DNA of 64,000 nucleotides from assembly GCA_027061995.1 (NCBI GenBank), contig JAMOUT010000079.1, positions 14,098 through 78,097 on the forward strand, written 5' to 3'. The translations under genes were made by a program, and so were the position numbers. The notes beneath the pieces are model-generated. The model saw only the letters and a program-made list of their open reading frames with translations, was not told the DNA's origin and did no database searches. The DNA is from Candidatus Aminicenantes bacterium (GTDB taxonomy: Bacteria > Acidobacteriota > Aminicenantia > JAMOAD01). This document shows positions 26,484 to 36,032 of the stretch, piece after piece (position 1 is the stretch's first letter; every line of letters starts with the position of its first letter).

Positions 26484-29146
26484 ATAAAAAGAAAACTCTA
26501 TATATAATTGATGGTAATTCCCTCTTATACAGAGCTTTTTTCGCAATTAGAAATTTAAGAAACAAAGAGGGGTTTCCGACGAATGCGATTTACGGATTTA
26601 TCTCTATGGTTAACAAGATTATCAAGGAGAAAAAACCCGAATACATAGGGGTAACTTTTGATGTAAGTAAAAAAACTTTTAGAACGGATATCTTCAAAGA
26701 ATATAAAGCTCAAAGAAAACCGATGCCGAATGAATTGGCGATGCAAATTCCGTATATAAAAGAGTATCTTAGTCACATGAATATTAAAACAATAGAACTT
26801 GAAAATTATGAAGCTGATGATATTATGGGAACAATAGCCGAAAAATTAAGAAATAAGGGGGTTACCGTTGTTTTGGTAACAGGGGATAAAGACCTGTTTC
26901 AACTTGTTAATGACAGTGTTTTTATATATAATCCCTCGAAAGATATTTTATTTGACAGGGAAAAAGTTAAAGAATTTTTCGGGGTGTATCCCGAGCAGGT
27001 TATTGATCTTCTCTCTCTTGAAGGGGATAAATCCGATAATATTCCCGGAGTTCCGGGAATAGGAAAAATTACTGCCAAAAAGCTATTATCGGAGTTTCAT
27101 TCAATAGATAATCTTTTAAATAATTTGGATAAAATAGATAAAAAACGGGTTAGAGAGAAAATAAAGAACAATCTTGATAAACTTGAATTAAGTAGAAGAT
27201 TGGTTCCTATTAAAAAAGACCTCCCTTTGGATATTGATTTGAATGATTTTGTATATAGATTACCTAACGAAGATAATTTGACAGCTTTTTATGAAAAATT
27301 CGGATTTAAATCTCTATTAAAAAACAGTTCCTCGAAGAGCAAAAAAATTATGCAAAAATATGAAACGATTGTTACAAAAGAAAAATTGAAAAATCTTGTT
27401 GTTGAAATTAAAAAAAATAGAGAGTTTGTTTTTGATACTGAAACAGATAATTCCAATCCGGTAAAAGCTGATATTCTCGGAGTATCAGTTTGCGTTAAAG
27501 AGGGGGAAGCTTTTTATATTCCGATTAAGCATCAATCATTATCATCCGAGCTTTCCCGAGAAGATATTATAAATTATCTGAAACCTGTTTTTAATGATAA
27601 CGATATAAAAAAAACAGGCCATAATATAAAATATGATATTATAGTATTAAATAAATTCGGGATTAATGTAAAAGGGGTAAAATGGGATACAATGATTCTT
27701 TCCTATCTACTTGAACCCAACAGACATTCTCATAAGCTGGATGACCTTTCGATGGACTATCTCGGATATAAAATGATTAGTTATAAAGAGATTGCGGGCG
27801 TTGGCAAAAAAGAGTTGACGCTTGATAATGTTCCACTTGAAAAGGTCAGTTTTTACTCTTGCGAAGATTCGGATATAACTTTCAGATTGAAGGAGATTCT
27901 CTCCGTGGAAATAAAAAAGGCCGGATTATTAGAACTATATAATCGCCTTGAACTTCCCTTAATTGATGTTCTGGTTCATCTTGAAGAATCTGGTATAAAA
28001 CTTGATGTTTTCAAGCTAAAGCAATTATCCGAATTATTAAAACAGGAGATAGAGAACCTAAGAAAAGAGATATATTCTCAGGCAGGTATAATTTTCAATA
28101 TAAATTCCACACAGCAACTCGGAGATATCTTATTTAATAAACTCAAACTTCCAATCATAAAAAAAACCAAGAAATCAAAAGCATTCTCAACTTCTGTGGA
28201 TGTTTTGGAAGAACTAAAATATATTCACCCCATTGCCGGCAATATCTTACGATACAGGCAACTCACAAAACTGAAATCCGGATATGTGGACGCTCTTCCC
28301 TCCTTGGTATATCCTAAAACAGGCAGAATCCATACCTCTTATAATCAAACGGTTGCAGCTACCGGAAGACTCTCTTCAAGTGATCCGAATTTGCAAAACA
28401 TCCCTATTAAAACAATGATTGGGAAAAAAATCAGAGAAGCATTCATCCCCGAGAAGGGGAGTCTATTTTTATCCGCTGATTATTCACAGGTTGAATTAAG
28501 AGTTTTGGCATATCTTGCTCAAGATAAAGCTTTAATAGAAGCTTTTAAGAAAGGGGAGGATATTCACTCCTTTACAGCTAATCTTTTGTTTTCGGATTTG
28601 GATATCCCCTTTGAAGAAAAGAGAAGAAGGGCAAAAATAATTAATTTTAGTATTATTTACGGCAAGACAGCCTATACCCTTTCAAAAGAGCTGGGGGTTG
28701 ACAGGAAAGAAGCGCAAAAATTTATTGATGATTATTTTTTAAGATACAGTAGTGTTAAAGAATTTATTAATTTAAGCATTGTGGAAGCTGAAAAATACGG
28801 GTTTGTTAAAACCTTGTTCGGCAGAAAAAGAGCTATTCCCGAGATTAGAAGTAATAATTCAAATGTAAGATCTCACGGAGAAAGAATGGCGATTAATACA
28901 AAGGTGCAAGGAAGTGCTGCTGACTTGATGAAAAAAGCCATGATATCCGTTTATAAAGAGATAAAAAAACACTCGTTAAAAACTAAAATAGTTCTTCAAG
29001 TTCATGATGAACTTGTTTTCGAAGTTCCCGAAAAAGAGAGAGAGCAGGTTCAAACATTGGTTAAACAGAAGATGGAAACAGTCCATGATATTTCGGTTCC
29101 ATTGATTGTGGACATGAAATGGGGAGAAAATTGGGCGGAAGCTTAA
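26480..29146 (+). CDS. polA: DNA polymerase I
   Basis: 5'-3' exonuclease (IDGNSLLYRAFFA, YEADD, GDKSDNIPGVPGIG), 3'-5' exonuclease (FDTET, HNIKYD), polymerase motifs (DYSQVELR, RRRAK.INF..IYG, QVHDE). Confidence 0.98.
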   Translation: MNKKKTLYIIDGNSLLYRAFFAIRNLRNKEGFPTNAIYGFISMVNKIIKEKKPEYIGVTFDVSKKTFRTDIFKEYKAQRKPMPNELAMQIPYIKEYLSHMNIKTIELENYEADDIMGTIAEKLRNKGVTVVLVTGDKDLFQLVNDSVFIYNPSKDILFDREKVKEFFGVYPEQVIDLLSLEGDKSDNIPGVPGIGKITAKKLLSEFHSIDNLLNNLDKIDKKRVREKIKNNLDKLELSRRLVPIKKDLPLDIDLNDFVYRLPNEDNLTAFYEKFGFKSLLKNSSSKSKKIMQKYETIVTKEKLKNLVVEIKKNREFVFDTETDNSNPVKADILGVSVCVKEGEAFYIPIKHQSLSSELSREDIINYLKPVFNDNDIKKTGHNIKYDIIVLNKFGINVKGVKWDTMILSYLLEPNRHSHKLDDLSMDYLGYKMISYKEIAGVGKKELTLDNVPLEKVSFYSCEDSDITFRLKEILSVEIKKAGLLELYNRLELPLIDVLVHLEESGIKLDVFKLKQLSELLKQEIENLRKEIYSQAGIIFNINSTQQLGDILFNKLKLPIIKKTKKSKAFSTSVDVLEELKYIHPIAGNILRYRQLTKLKSGYVDALPSLVYPKTGRIHTSYNQTVAATGRLSSSDPNLQNIPIKTMIGKKIREAFIPEKGSLFLSADYSQVELRVLAYLAQDKALIEAFKKGEDIHSFTANLLFSDLDIPFEEKRRRAKIINFSIIYGKTAYTLSKELGVDRKEAQKFIDDYFLRYSSVKEFINLSIVEAEKYGFVKTLFGRKRAIPEIRSNNSNVRSHGERMAINTKVQGSAADLMKKAMISVYKEIKKHSLKTKIVLQVHDELVFEVPEKEREQVQTLVKQKMETVHDISVPLIVDMKWGENWAEA

Positions 29147-29220
29147 AAACTTTTAAAGATATTGCTTTTTTTTAAAATTTTGTATATATTTATATATATA
29201 ATTTTAGGAGGTTTACTACG

Positions 29221-29691
29221 ATGAAGAAAGCATTAGTATTATCAATGATTGTTGTAGTTCTTGCATTTTTTATGATGGGCTGTGTTTCTAAAAAACAGGT
29301 TGATTCTATTGAGAATTATTCAAAAAAATCTGTTGAACTTAACACAAAACTCGTAGATGATGTAGCTGCTGTAAAATCAAAAGTAGATGCAAATAACAAG
29401 GTTCTTGTTGAGGGTTTTAAAAATCTCAATGTTAAAGGTGATAATATAGCCAAAGCTATCGAAGATTTGAAAAATATCACTAAAGGAAATGTTGAAATTT
29501 ACGGAACTGTTGCAAACTGCTTTGTTTTAACAGTTAGAGAACAGGGCACAGTTGATTCGAAAGCTGTTAAATATTTAAAGAAAGGTGATGTTGTTAAAGT
29601 TGTTACGGTTGATAATGGCTGGGCACATCTTGCGGACGGTGGTTTTGTAGCCGTAAAATATTTGCAGTTCAACTATAAGATTACTCTTTAA
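29221..29691 (+). CDS. Lipoprotein with coiled coil and C-terminal bacterial SH3 domain
   Basis: Lipobox FMMGC; LTVRE.....S..V..L.KGD.V.V....NGW SH3b pattern; SD AGGAGG; has its own terminator. Confidence 0.8.
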   Translation: MKKALVLSMIVVVLAFFMMGCVSKKQVDSIENYSKKSVELNTKLVDDVAAVKSKVDANNKVLVEGFKNLNVKGDNIAKAIEDLKNITKGNVEIYGTVANCFVLTVREQGTVDSKAVKYLKKGDVVKVVTVDNGWAHLADGGFVAVKYLQFNYKITL

Positions 29692-29704
29692 TAGTTTAAA
29701 AGAT

Positions 29705-29739
29705 AAAAAAGGGGGATTAAAAAATCCCCCTTTTTTTTT
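29705..29739 (+). terminator. Intrinsic (bidirectional-type) terminator
   Basis: A6-GGGGGATT-aaaa-AATCCCCC-T9. Confidence 0.9.
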
Positions 29740-29778
29740 GTCCATTTATCCGTTTGAGGAAAGGGTTAACATAAATAT

Positions 29779-32700
29779 ATGCCTTATTTAAAAAAAATTG
29801 ATATTTTCGGGTTCAAATCCTTTCCTTCAAGGATTGAAATATTTTTCAAAAAAGGGGCTAATTTAATAATCGGTCCCAATGGTAGCGGGAAAAGTAATGT
29901 CCTTGACGCTCTTATATGGGGAATAGGAGAAACAAAGATTTCTTCATTAAGAGGGGGGAAAACCGAGGATATTATTTTTTCCGGTAATAGAAAGAAAAAA
30001 CCTCTTGCCGCAGCGGAAGTATCTCTTATTTTTGATAATGAGGGGGAAGAGGTCAGATTGTTCAGAAAAGCATATAGGGACGGAGAATCGGTTTTCAGAG
30101 TTAATTCCAAAAGAGCTCGTTTAAAAGATATCGTGGAAGAATTGTATAAGCTCGGAATAGGAGATAGAAAATATTTTTTTATTGAGCAGGGGATGATAGG
30201 AAACATTATCACCATGGGACATCTCGAAAAAAGGATTTTGATTGAGGAAGCTGCTGGTATATCAAGATACAGAGAGAAGAAAAAAGAGGCTTTTCACAAG
30301 CTGTTTGAAACCGAGAATAATCTTAATATCCTAAACAATGTTCTTGAGGAGGTGAGTTCAGAACTTATAGTATGGGAGAAAGAGTTTGAAAAATTAAAAA
30401 CATTTAAACAGATAAAAAAAGAGTATAGGGATATAAGAAAAAAAATATATTATATAAAGTTAAGGCATCTTGAAACAGAAAGGGATAATCTTCTTAAAAT
30501 CATTAAAAATTTGTGGGAAGAGATTGAAGAGAGAAAAAATCAACAGAAAATCATTGAAAATCAATTGAATAAAAAACACTCGGAGCATTGGGAGATTCAA
30601 AAAATAATTAAGGAAAAAGAGGATATCTTCTATAAACTCAGAGAAAAACTCGAAATTTTAAAAAATCAATTTAAAGCCAATAATAAAAGGATTGCCGATA
30701 TTAAGGAAAATTTAACCAAGAATAAAAGTTGGATTGAACAGGGAGAAAAACTTATTATTGAGCTTAAAAACAGAGAAAAAGAGATTCAACAGGAAACAAA
30801 GAAAGGAAAAGAGGAAATTGAGATTCTTGAAAATAAGAAAACTTTTATCGACGAAAAAAAGAAAATAATTGAAAACAGACAACAGGAAGAGGAAAATAGG
30901 TTAAAAGAGATTCAAGATAGTTATATAGATATAATTTCCAGAAAAACCGAACAATACAATAAACTTATTAATTTTGAAAACATGATTAAATCATTTGACG
31001 GAAGGCTTAAAAGGATATTGGATAATCAGATTGAATTAAAAAAAGAGATTACCGTTTTGGAAGAAAAAAGAAAACAACTTGAGCGGATTGAGATATTTGA
31101 TTTTAGGGAAAAGATTGAAATATTAAAGAGAAAAGTTTCTGAGTCTGAAGATAAATTACAGGCAAGCAAAAAAAAATACAGAGAGAAAGAACTTGAAGTT
31201 GAAAAATTATCGGCATTAAAAAAAGATTATAAAGAAAGACTTGATGAGATACTAAGTAAAAGAAAACTCGGAATAGGAAACAATTTAAAGATAAAAAAAG
31301 AGTTATCCGAGCCTCTTGCAATTTTCATAGAATCTTTATTAGAGTTATCTCCGTATGATAAAAATATCGAAATTGATAAAGAGAAATCATATATATTAAA
31401 ACAACCGAAGATAAATGATAAATACAAGGAATATATTGATAGTGATTATATGGAATATTTTCCCCCTTTTAAATATGCCGATTCCTTTGATAAAGCCATG
31501 GAAGAATGGAAAAAAGATAGAAACAATTATTTAACGACGGATGGTGTTTTTATCTCTTTTAACGGAGAAATTATCAAAAGGGAAAAAAAGGGGGTAATTT
31601 TATTAAAAGAAAAAATAGCTAAAATTGAGGAAACTCTGAAAAAAGAGGAAAAGATTCTTGAAACCCTTATGAATGAAAAAGAAAATGATAAAACAGCTTC
31701 GGATAACATGAGAAAAGAGCTTAAGGATCTATTAGAAAAACAAGATGAGGAAGATAGAAAGAAACAAAAGATAGAGAATGATATTAAACTCCTTGATACT
31801 AAAAAAGAAAGTATAAATTCCCAAATAAAGACTATTGAAAAAGAGTTAGAAAATAGTAAAAAGCAGATTTTGGAATTAAAAGGGGAAAAATTAAAACATG
31901 AGGAACTCTATAATATCACTGTAAAAGAGTTGGAAAAAATCGAAAGCAAGAAAAATAGAATTGAAGAAAATTTATCCGATATAAAAGCTGAAAAAATAGA
32001 AATTATTGATGAAGAAAGAATAATCAACAATGATTTTAATGATAAGGAAAAAAAGGTTGTTTTGCTTGAGAAAGAGGGGGAAAATATAATAGAAAGGGTA
32101 AATAATGAAAAAAACAGAATAGAGCAATATCAAAAGGAGATAATGGAACTCGAAAAGCAGGAAGAACTTTTAAAGCAGGAAACCATTGAATTGGAAGAAG
32201 AGATAAAAAAACAGGAGAAAATTGTCAAGTCCAAAAATGATGAACTTTCGGAGATTCTTACGAAAGAATCGGATATAAAATTCGAGTTGGAGAAATTGGA
32301 AAAATCTCTTAAAAAAGAGCAAAGAAAAATCATTAGTCTCAGTAATAAAAAGAATGAGAAAGAGATTGAAAAAGCGAGTCATGACAGAGATATAATAAAT
32401 CTTGAAGATAATCTATGGAAAGAGTTGACGATAACACTCGAGGAATTGCTTAAAACAGAGATTGATGAAGAAGAAACAAGTATTATCAAGAGAGAGGAGG
32501 AACTTTCAAGCAAGATAGAGGAGCTTTCGGAAGTGCGACTTGAAGCTGAAAATGAATATATGAAATTTAAGGATAGGTTTGATTTTTACAATAAACAAAA
32601 GGAAGATATCCAAAAATCAATAGATAACACAAAAGAGATTATTGCAAAGATTGATAATGAGAGCAGGAGCAGGTTTTTAACAACTCTTGAAAAAATCAAT

Positions 32701-33138
32701 GAAAATTTCAAGCGGATTTATCAGACTCTTTTTAAAGGGGGAAGTGCGGAGATAAAACTTTTGGATGAAACGGATATTTTAAATTCGGGAGTTGAAATAA
32801 AGGTGAAACTTCCCGGGAAAAAACTCCAAAACCTGCAGCTTCTTTCTGGGGGAGAAAAAGCCCTTTCATCTCTTGCTTTTATATTTTCAATGTTTTTATA
32901 TAAACCATCCCCTATATGTGTTCTTGATGAGGTTGATGCCCCTCTTGATGAGGCGAACATTGAAAATCTTATGGTTTTAATCAATGAGATGAAAACAAAC
33001 ACTCAGTTTTTAATAGTAACTCACAACCCTAAAACTCTTGAAGTCGCAGATACTATTTACGGAGTAACAATGATAGAACCCGGGGTATCCTCCATCTATT
33101 CGATAGATGTATCGGAAAAAGATAAAAAGATAGTGTGA
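29779..33138 (+). CDS. smc: Chromosome segregation protein SMC
   Basis: GFKSF, Walker A GPNGSGKSN, Q-loop IEQG, long coiled coils, LSGGEK signature, VLDEVDAPLD, VTH. Confidence 0.93.
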   Translation: MPYLKKIDIFGFKSFPSRIEIFFKKGANLIIGPNGSGKSNVLDALIWGIGETKISSLRGGKTEDIIFSGNRKKKPLAAAEVSLIFDNEGEEVRLFRKAYRDGESVFRVNSKRARLKDIVEELYKLGIGDRKYFFIEQGMIGNIITMGHLEKRILIEEAAGISRYREKKKEAFHKLFETENNLNILNNVLEEVSSELIVWEKEFEKLKTFKQIKKEYRDIRKKIYYIKLRHLETERDNLLKIIKNLWEEIEERKNQQKIIENQLNKKHSEHWEIQKIIKEKEDIFYKLREKLEILKNQFKANNKRIADIKENLTKNKSWIEQGEKLIIELKNREKEIQQETKKGKEEIEILENKKTFIDEKKKIIENRQQEEENRLKEIQDSYIDIISRKTEQYNKLINFENMIKSFDGRLKRILDNQIELKKEITVLEEKRKQLERIEIFDFREKIEILKRKVSESEDKLQASKKKYREKELEVEKLSALKKDYKERLDEILSKRKLGIGNNLKIKKELSEPLAIFIESLLELSPYDKNIEIDKEKSYILKQPKINDKYKEYIDSDYMEYFPPFKYADSFDKAMEEWKKDRNNYLTTDGVFISFNGEIIKREKKGVILLKEKIAKIEETLKKEEKILETLMNEKENDKTASDNMRKELKDLLEKQDEEDRKKQKIENDIKLLDTKKESINSQIKTIEKELENSKKQILELKGEKLKHEELYNITVKELEKIESKKNRIEENLSDIKAEKIEIIDEERIINNDFNDKEKKVVLLEKEGENIIERVNNEKNRIEQYQKEIMELEKQEELLKQETIELEEEIKKQEKIVKSKNDELSEILTKESDIKFELEKLEKSLKKEQRKIISLSNKKNEKEIEKASHDRDIINLEDNLWKELTITLEELLKTEIDEEETSIIKREEELSSKIEELSEVRLEAENEYMKFKDRFDFYNKQKEDIQKSIDNTKEIIAKIDNESRSRFLTTLEKINENFKRIYQTLFKGGSAEIKLLDETDILNSGVEIKVKLPGKKLQNLQLLSGGEKALSSLAFIFSMFLYKPSPICVLDEVDAPLDEANIENLMVLINEMKTNTQFLIVTHNPKTLEVADTIYGVTMIEPGVSSIYSIDVSEKDKKIV

Positions 33139-33342
33139 TATCTCATTTACTTTAGTGTGTATGATACATAAAAAGGTTATAAAGAATAAGATAAACAGTG
33201 TTATACCTGTTTTAATCATACTATAAAACAATTTATTTGAATTCCCGAAGATTATATCGGAATTTTTTTCCCATGGAATCATAATATCCTCTATCTTTTT
33301 TATTTGTTCTCAAGTTTTGCAAAATTCCTGCTCAGCTTTCAG

Positions 33343-34050
33343 CTATACTCTTTCCGTATCTTTATCTCTTTTTTTTGCTTCTACTATAAGTTTTTGCAAT
33401 GTTTTCCCCGAAAATACGAGTAAAACAACTACAAACACAAGCAAAATAATAGCAATTGGAGGAAATATTTTTATTAACATCAATAAAAAATCGTATAAAC
33501 CATGAAGAATTACCGCTATTGTAAACCCTTTTTTGATTAATCTTTTTTCTTCATCCCGATTTTTTGCAAATTTAGCCATCCCTATATAATATCCCATAAT
33601 TCCCGACATAAAAGCATGCATGGGAACAGCGGTTAAACCTCTCAATACAGCCGTTAATAACCCCCCTCCGGCGACATATATGATATTTTCAAAACATGCA
33701 AAACCAAGACTAACAGTAATTGTGTATATTATGCCATCCATAATTTCATCAAATTTATCATTATGATAAATTGTTTTTTTTATAATGAAAAGTTTAGAGC
33801 CCTCTTCAATAACTCCCGCAACTATAAAAGCGCTAAAAGCTACCGTTAAAATGGGTGAAATTTTAAAAATGTTAAGCTTACTTACTATTACTTCAATAAT
33901 AGCGACAATAAAAGTGCTAAAAAATCCCAATAAAAAAACTTTAAAAATCAGCCCTTTGGGTTCCGGTTTTAAATTGTCTTTTTTATAAAAATAGATTAAA
34001 AGATAACCCACAGGTATTATGGATAAGCTGATAGATATTAGTAATTTCAT
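33343..34050 (-). CDS. prsW: PrsW-family intramembrane metalloprotease
   Basis: D..KPEP, IEEGSK, GFACFEN, AVPMHA, LHGLYD motifs; ATG at 34050 or GTG at 34071. Confidence 0.88.
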   Translation of the reverse strand: MKLLISISLSIIPVGYLLIYFYKKDNLKPEPKGLIFKVFLLGFFSTFIVAIIEVIVSKLNIFKISPILTVAFSAFIVAGVIEEGSKLFIIKKTIYHNDKFDEIMDGIIYTITVSLGFACFENIIYVAGGGLLTAVLRGLTAVPMHAFMSGIMGYYIGMAKFAKNRDEEKRLIKKGFTIAVILHGLYDFLLMLIKIFPPIAIILLVFVVVLLVFSGKTLQKLIVEAKKRDKDTERV

Positions 34051-34186
34051 CAATAATATCCTTGTTATCACTCCTTTATAATCGATTATTTTAATTGAAA
34101 ATATTAAGCGTTTATTTCTTCATGTTAAAAAATAAACTCTAATATTGTCTCTCGTAAAAATTTGTTTAACTAAATATAATCAAAAA

Positions 34187-35815
34187 CTAAGAGGGTAACT
34201 CCAATCCGTATCCCTGCTCTTTATCAGCCTTCTTTAGCATGAAAGCGAGAAATATAGAGATAACTCCCAATATAACAAGTATCAATATGGGGATAGTGTA
34301 ATTGTAAACCGGAAGTTGCCCCGCTTTTCTCAGCTCCTGAATCTTTTCCGATATTTGGACTTCGCTCAAACCTTGGGCTGCAAAAGATTGCCTGAGAGCT
34401 CTGATTTTTGCTATAACATCGGGATTCACAAGATCAAGCACTTTTCCTATCCCGGCAAAAAAAGCGAGCAAACCCCAGTTTTGAACAGTGAACATGGTTG
34501 CATAAGCTGTTCCTATTCTGTATTCGGGCACTATCTTCGCAACCGATGGCCACATTGCTGCGGGGACCAAAGAAAAAGCCATTCCGAGACTTATGAGTCC
34601 GAAATATCCGAGATAAACATTATTAAAAATAGAAAGAGAGAGGTGGGCGAAAATCAAAAGGAGAGAACCGAGTATCATTAATGAGGCGGCTTTACCCTTT
34701 TTATCGACAAAATTTCCGAAAATCGGAGAAAACATAATGGTAGCCATAGGTATTAAACTTGCAACCTTAGGTCCGTTTTTCAGCCATATCGCCAAAGTAT
34801 CTTTAATAGAATATATGAAAGATAGAAAAAGAACGCCCAGTATTATCAATGAAATGATTTTGGCTGATTTTGATTTAAGCTTGGAGGGTAATACGGGAAA
34901 TAAGACCCCGAATAAAAACAGAACAACATATATCAGCGTATTTCCGAGGGTAGCGCTTCCGAAAATCACTATTTGAGAAGCATTTTTAGGTAAATCATAA
35001 GAAAAACCGAATTTATTTACGAGAAGATCAGGTGCGTATTGCATAAAAGGGAATACCGCCGAATAAAAAGCAACACACAAAAGAGATATTATTATGAATG
35101 ATTTATCAGTAACAAGTTTTTTAAGGTCCGAGAATTTAAACTTTTCATCTTCGGAAACAGTTTCATTTAACTGTTTATCCAATTTTATATCAAAGAACAT
35201 ATATGCTATAAAAAGAACAAACCCTATCCCTATTAAAGTTGCTGCAAAAGTAACGGCTACCGGAACATTATTATGAGCAATTTCAGGAGACAGAGATGTT
35301 CCGAGAGCGGAGCCCAACCTACCGAAACCTATGTTGATTGCCATTGCGAGGGCAAGCTCATACCCTTTAAACCACTTTACTATTGTCTTGGTTATGATAA
35401 CCGCAGTGATCTCAAGCCCGATACCGAAAAGAATCCTGCCTATTATCATTATCAATAGCCTTTTTGAAGGTTCTGTTGTAAGAATACCACTTGCTCCCAC
35501 AGCTACAATAGCTCCGCCGAGCGTAGCCACACTTCCGAAAATAAGCATTGAAAGTCTGATTCCCCATTTGTCGAGAATTATTCCTCCGATAATTATCATT
35601 CCGAATACATTGGCTATTGTTGTTAAGCTTATTAAGGTTCCGAACTGTGTCGAGGAGATACCAAGCTGACTTTCCATTAAAGGTTTTAAACCTGAAAAAA
35701 AGTCTTGAAACCAGTAAGTGGCAAACATTAAACCACTTACCATTAATAATGCAACCCATCTCATGATCACCGAATCACGAAGTGTTTTTTGAATTTTTTC
35801 TTTTACTTCGGTCAT
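34187..35815 (-). CDS. MFS transporter (MFSD1-like)
   Basis: GIILDKWGIR motif A, GRILFGIG.E, WFKG.ELALAM, FVDKKG, SLVPAAMWP. Confidence 0.9.
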   Translation of the reverse strand: MTEVKEKIQKTLRDSVIMRWVALLMVSGLMFATYWFQDFFSGLKPLMESQLGISSTQFGTLISLTTIANVFGMIIIGGIILDKWGIRLSMLIFGSVATLGGAIVAVGASGILTTEPSKRLLIMIIGRILFGIGLEITAVIITKTIVKWFKGYELALAMAINIGFGRLGSALGTSLSPEIAHNNVPVAVTFAATLIGIGFVLFIAYMFFDIKLDKQLNETVSEDEKFKFSDLKKLVTDKSFIIISLLCVAFYSAVFPFMQYAPDLLVNKFGFSYDLPKNASQIVIFGSATLGNTLIYVVLFLFGVLFPVLPSKLKSKSAKIISLIILGVLFLSFIYSIKDTLAIWLKNGPKVASLIPMATIMFSPIFGNFVDKKGKAASLMILGSLLLIFAHLSLSIFNNVYLGYFGLISLGMAFSLVPAAMWPSVAKIVPEYRIGTAYATMFTVQNWGLLAFFAGIGKVLDLVNPDVIAKIRALRQSFAAQGLSEVQISEKIQELRKAGQLPVYNYTIPILILVILGVISIFLAFMLKKADKEQGYGLELPS

Positions 35816-36032
35816 TTACACATCCTTTTTTTATTTTATGATAAACAATTAAAAATAATAAAAGAATTGATGAAAAAAGTCAACTCAATGATTGTCGTGA
35901 AATTGAATTAAGTTGTTTTACGGTGAATCATATTGGATAAAAATTTAAAAATGCTATCCCTTGTAAAAAAATATCTTGATACCATACTATCGTTTGTATT
36001 ATAATCAAAGATATGTTTATAGGAGGTGCAAA

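Noticed and set aside
29779-33138. SMC as part of a Wadjet/MksBEF or other defence system
   Set aside because: It has canonical housekeeping SMC head motifs and no jetABD-like or nuclease neighbours.
33010-33282. 90-aa minus-strand ORF with an AGAGGA SD-like sequence, downstream of prsW
   Set aside because: It overlaps the smc 3' end by about 130 bp and has no recognisable motif. It could be a small membrane peptide or a gene remnant, but I cannot support it.
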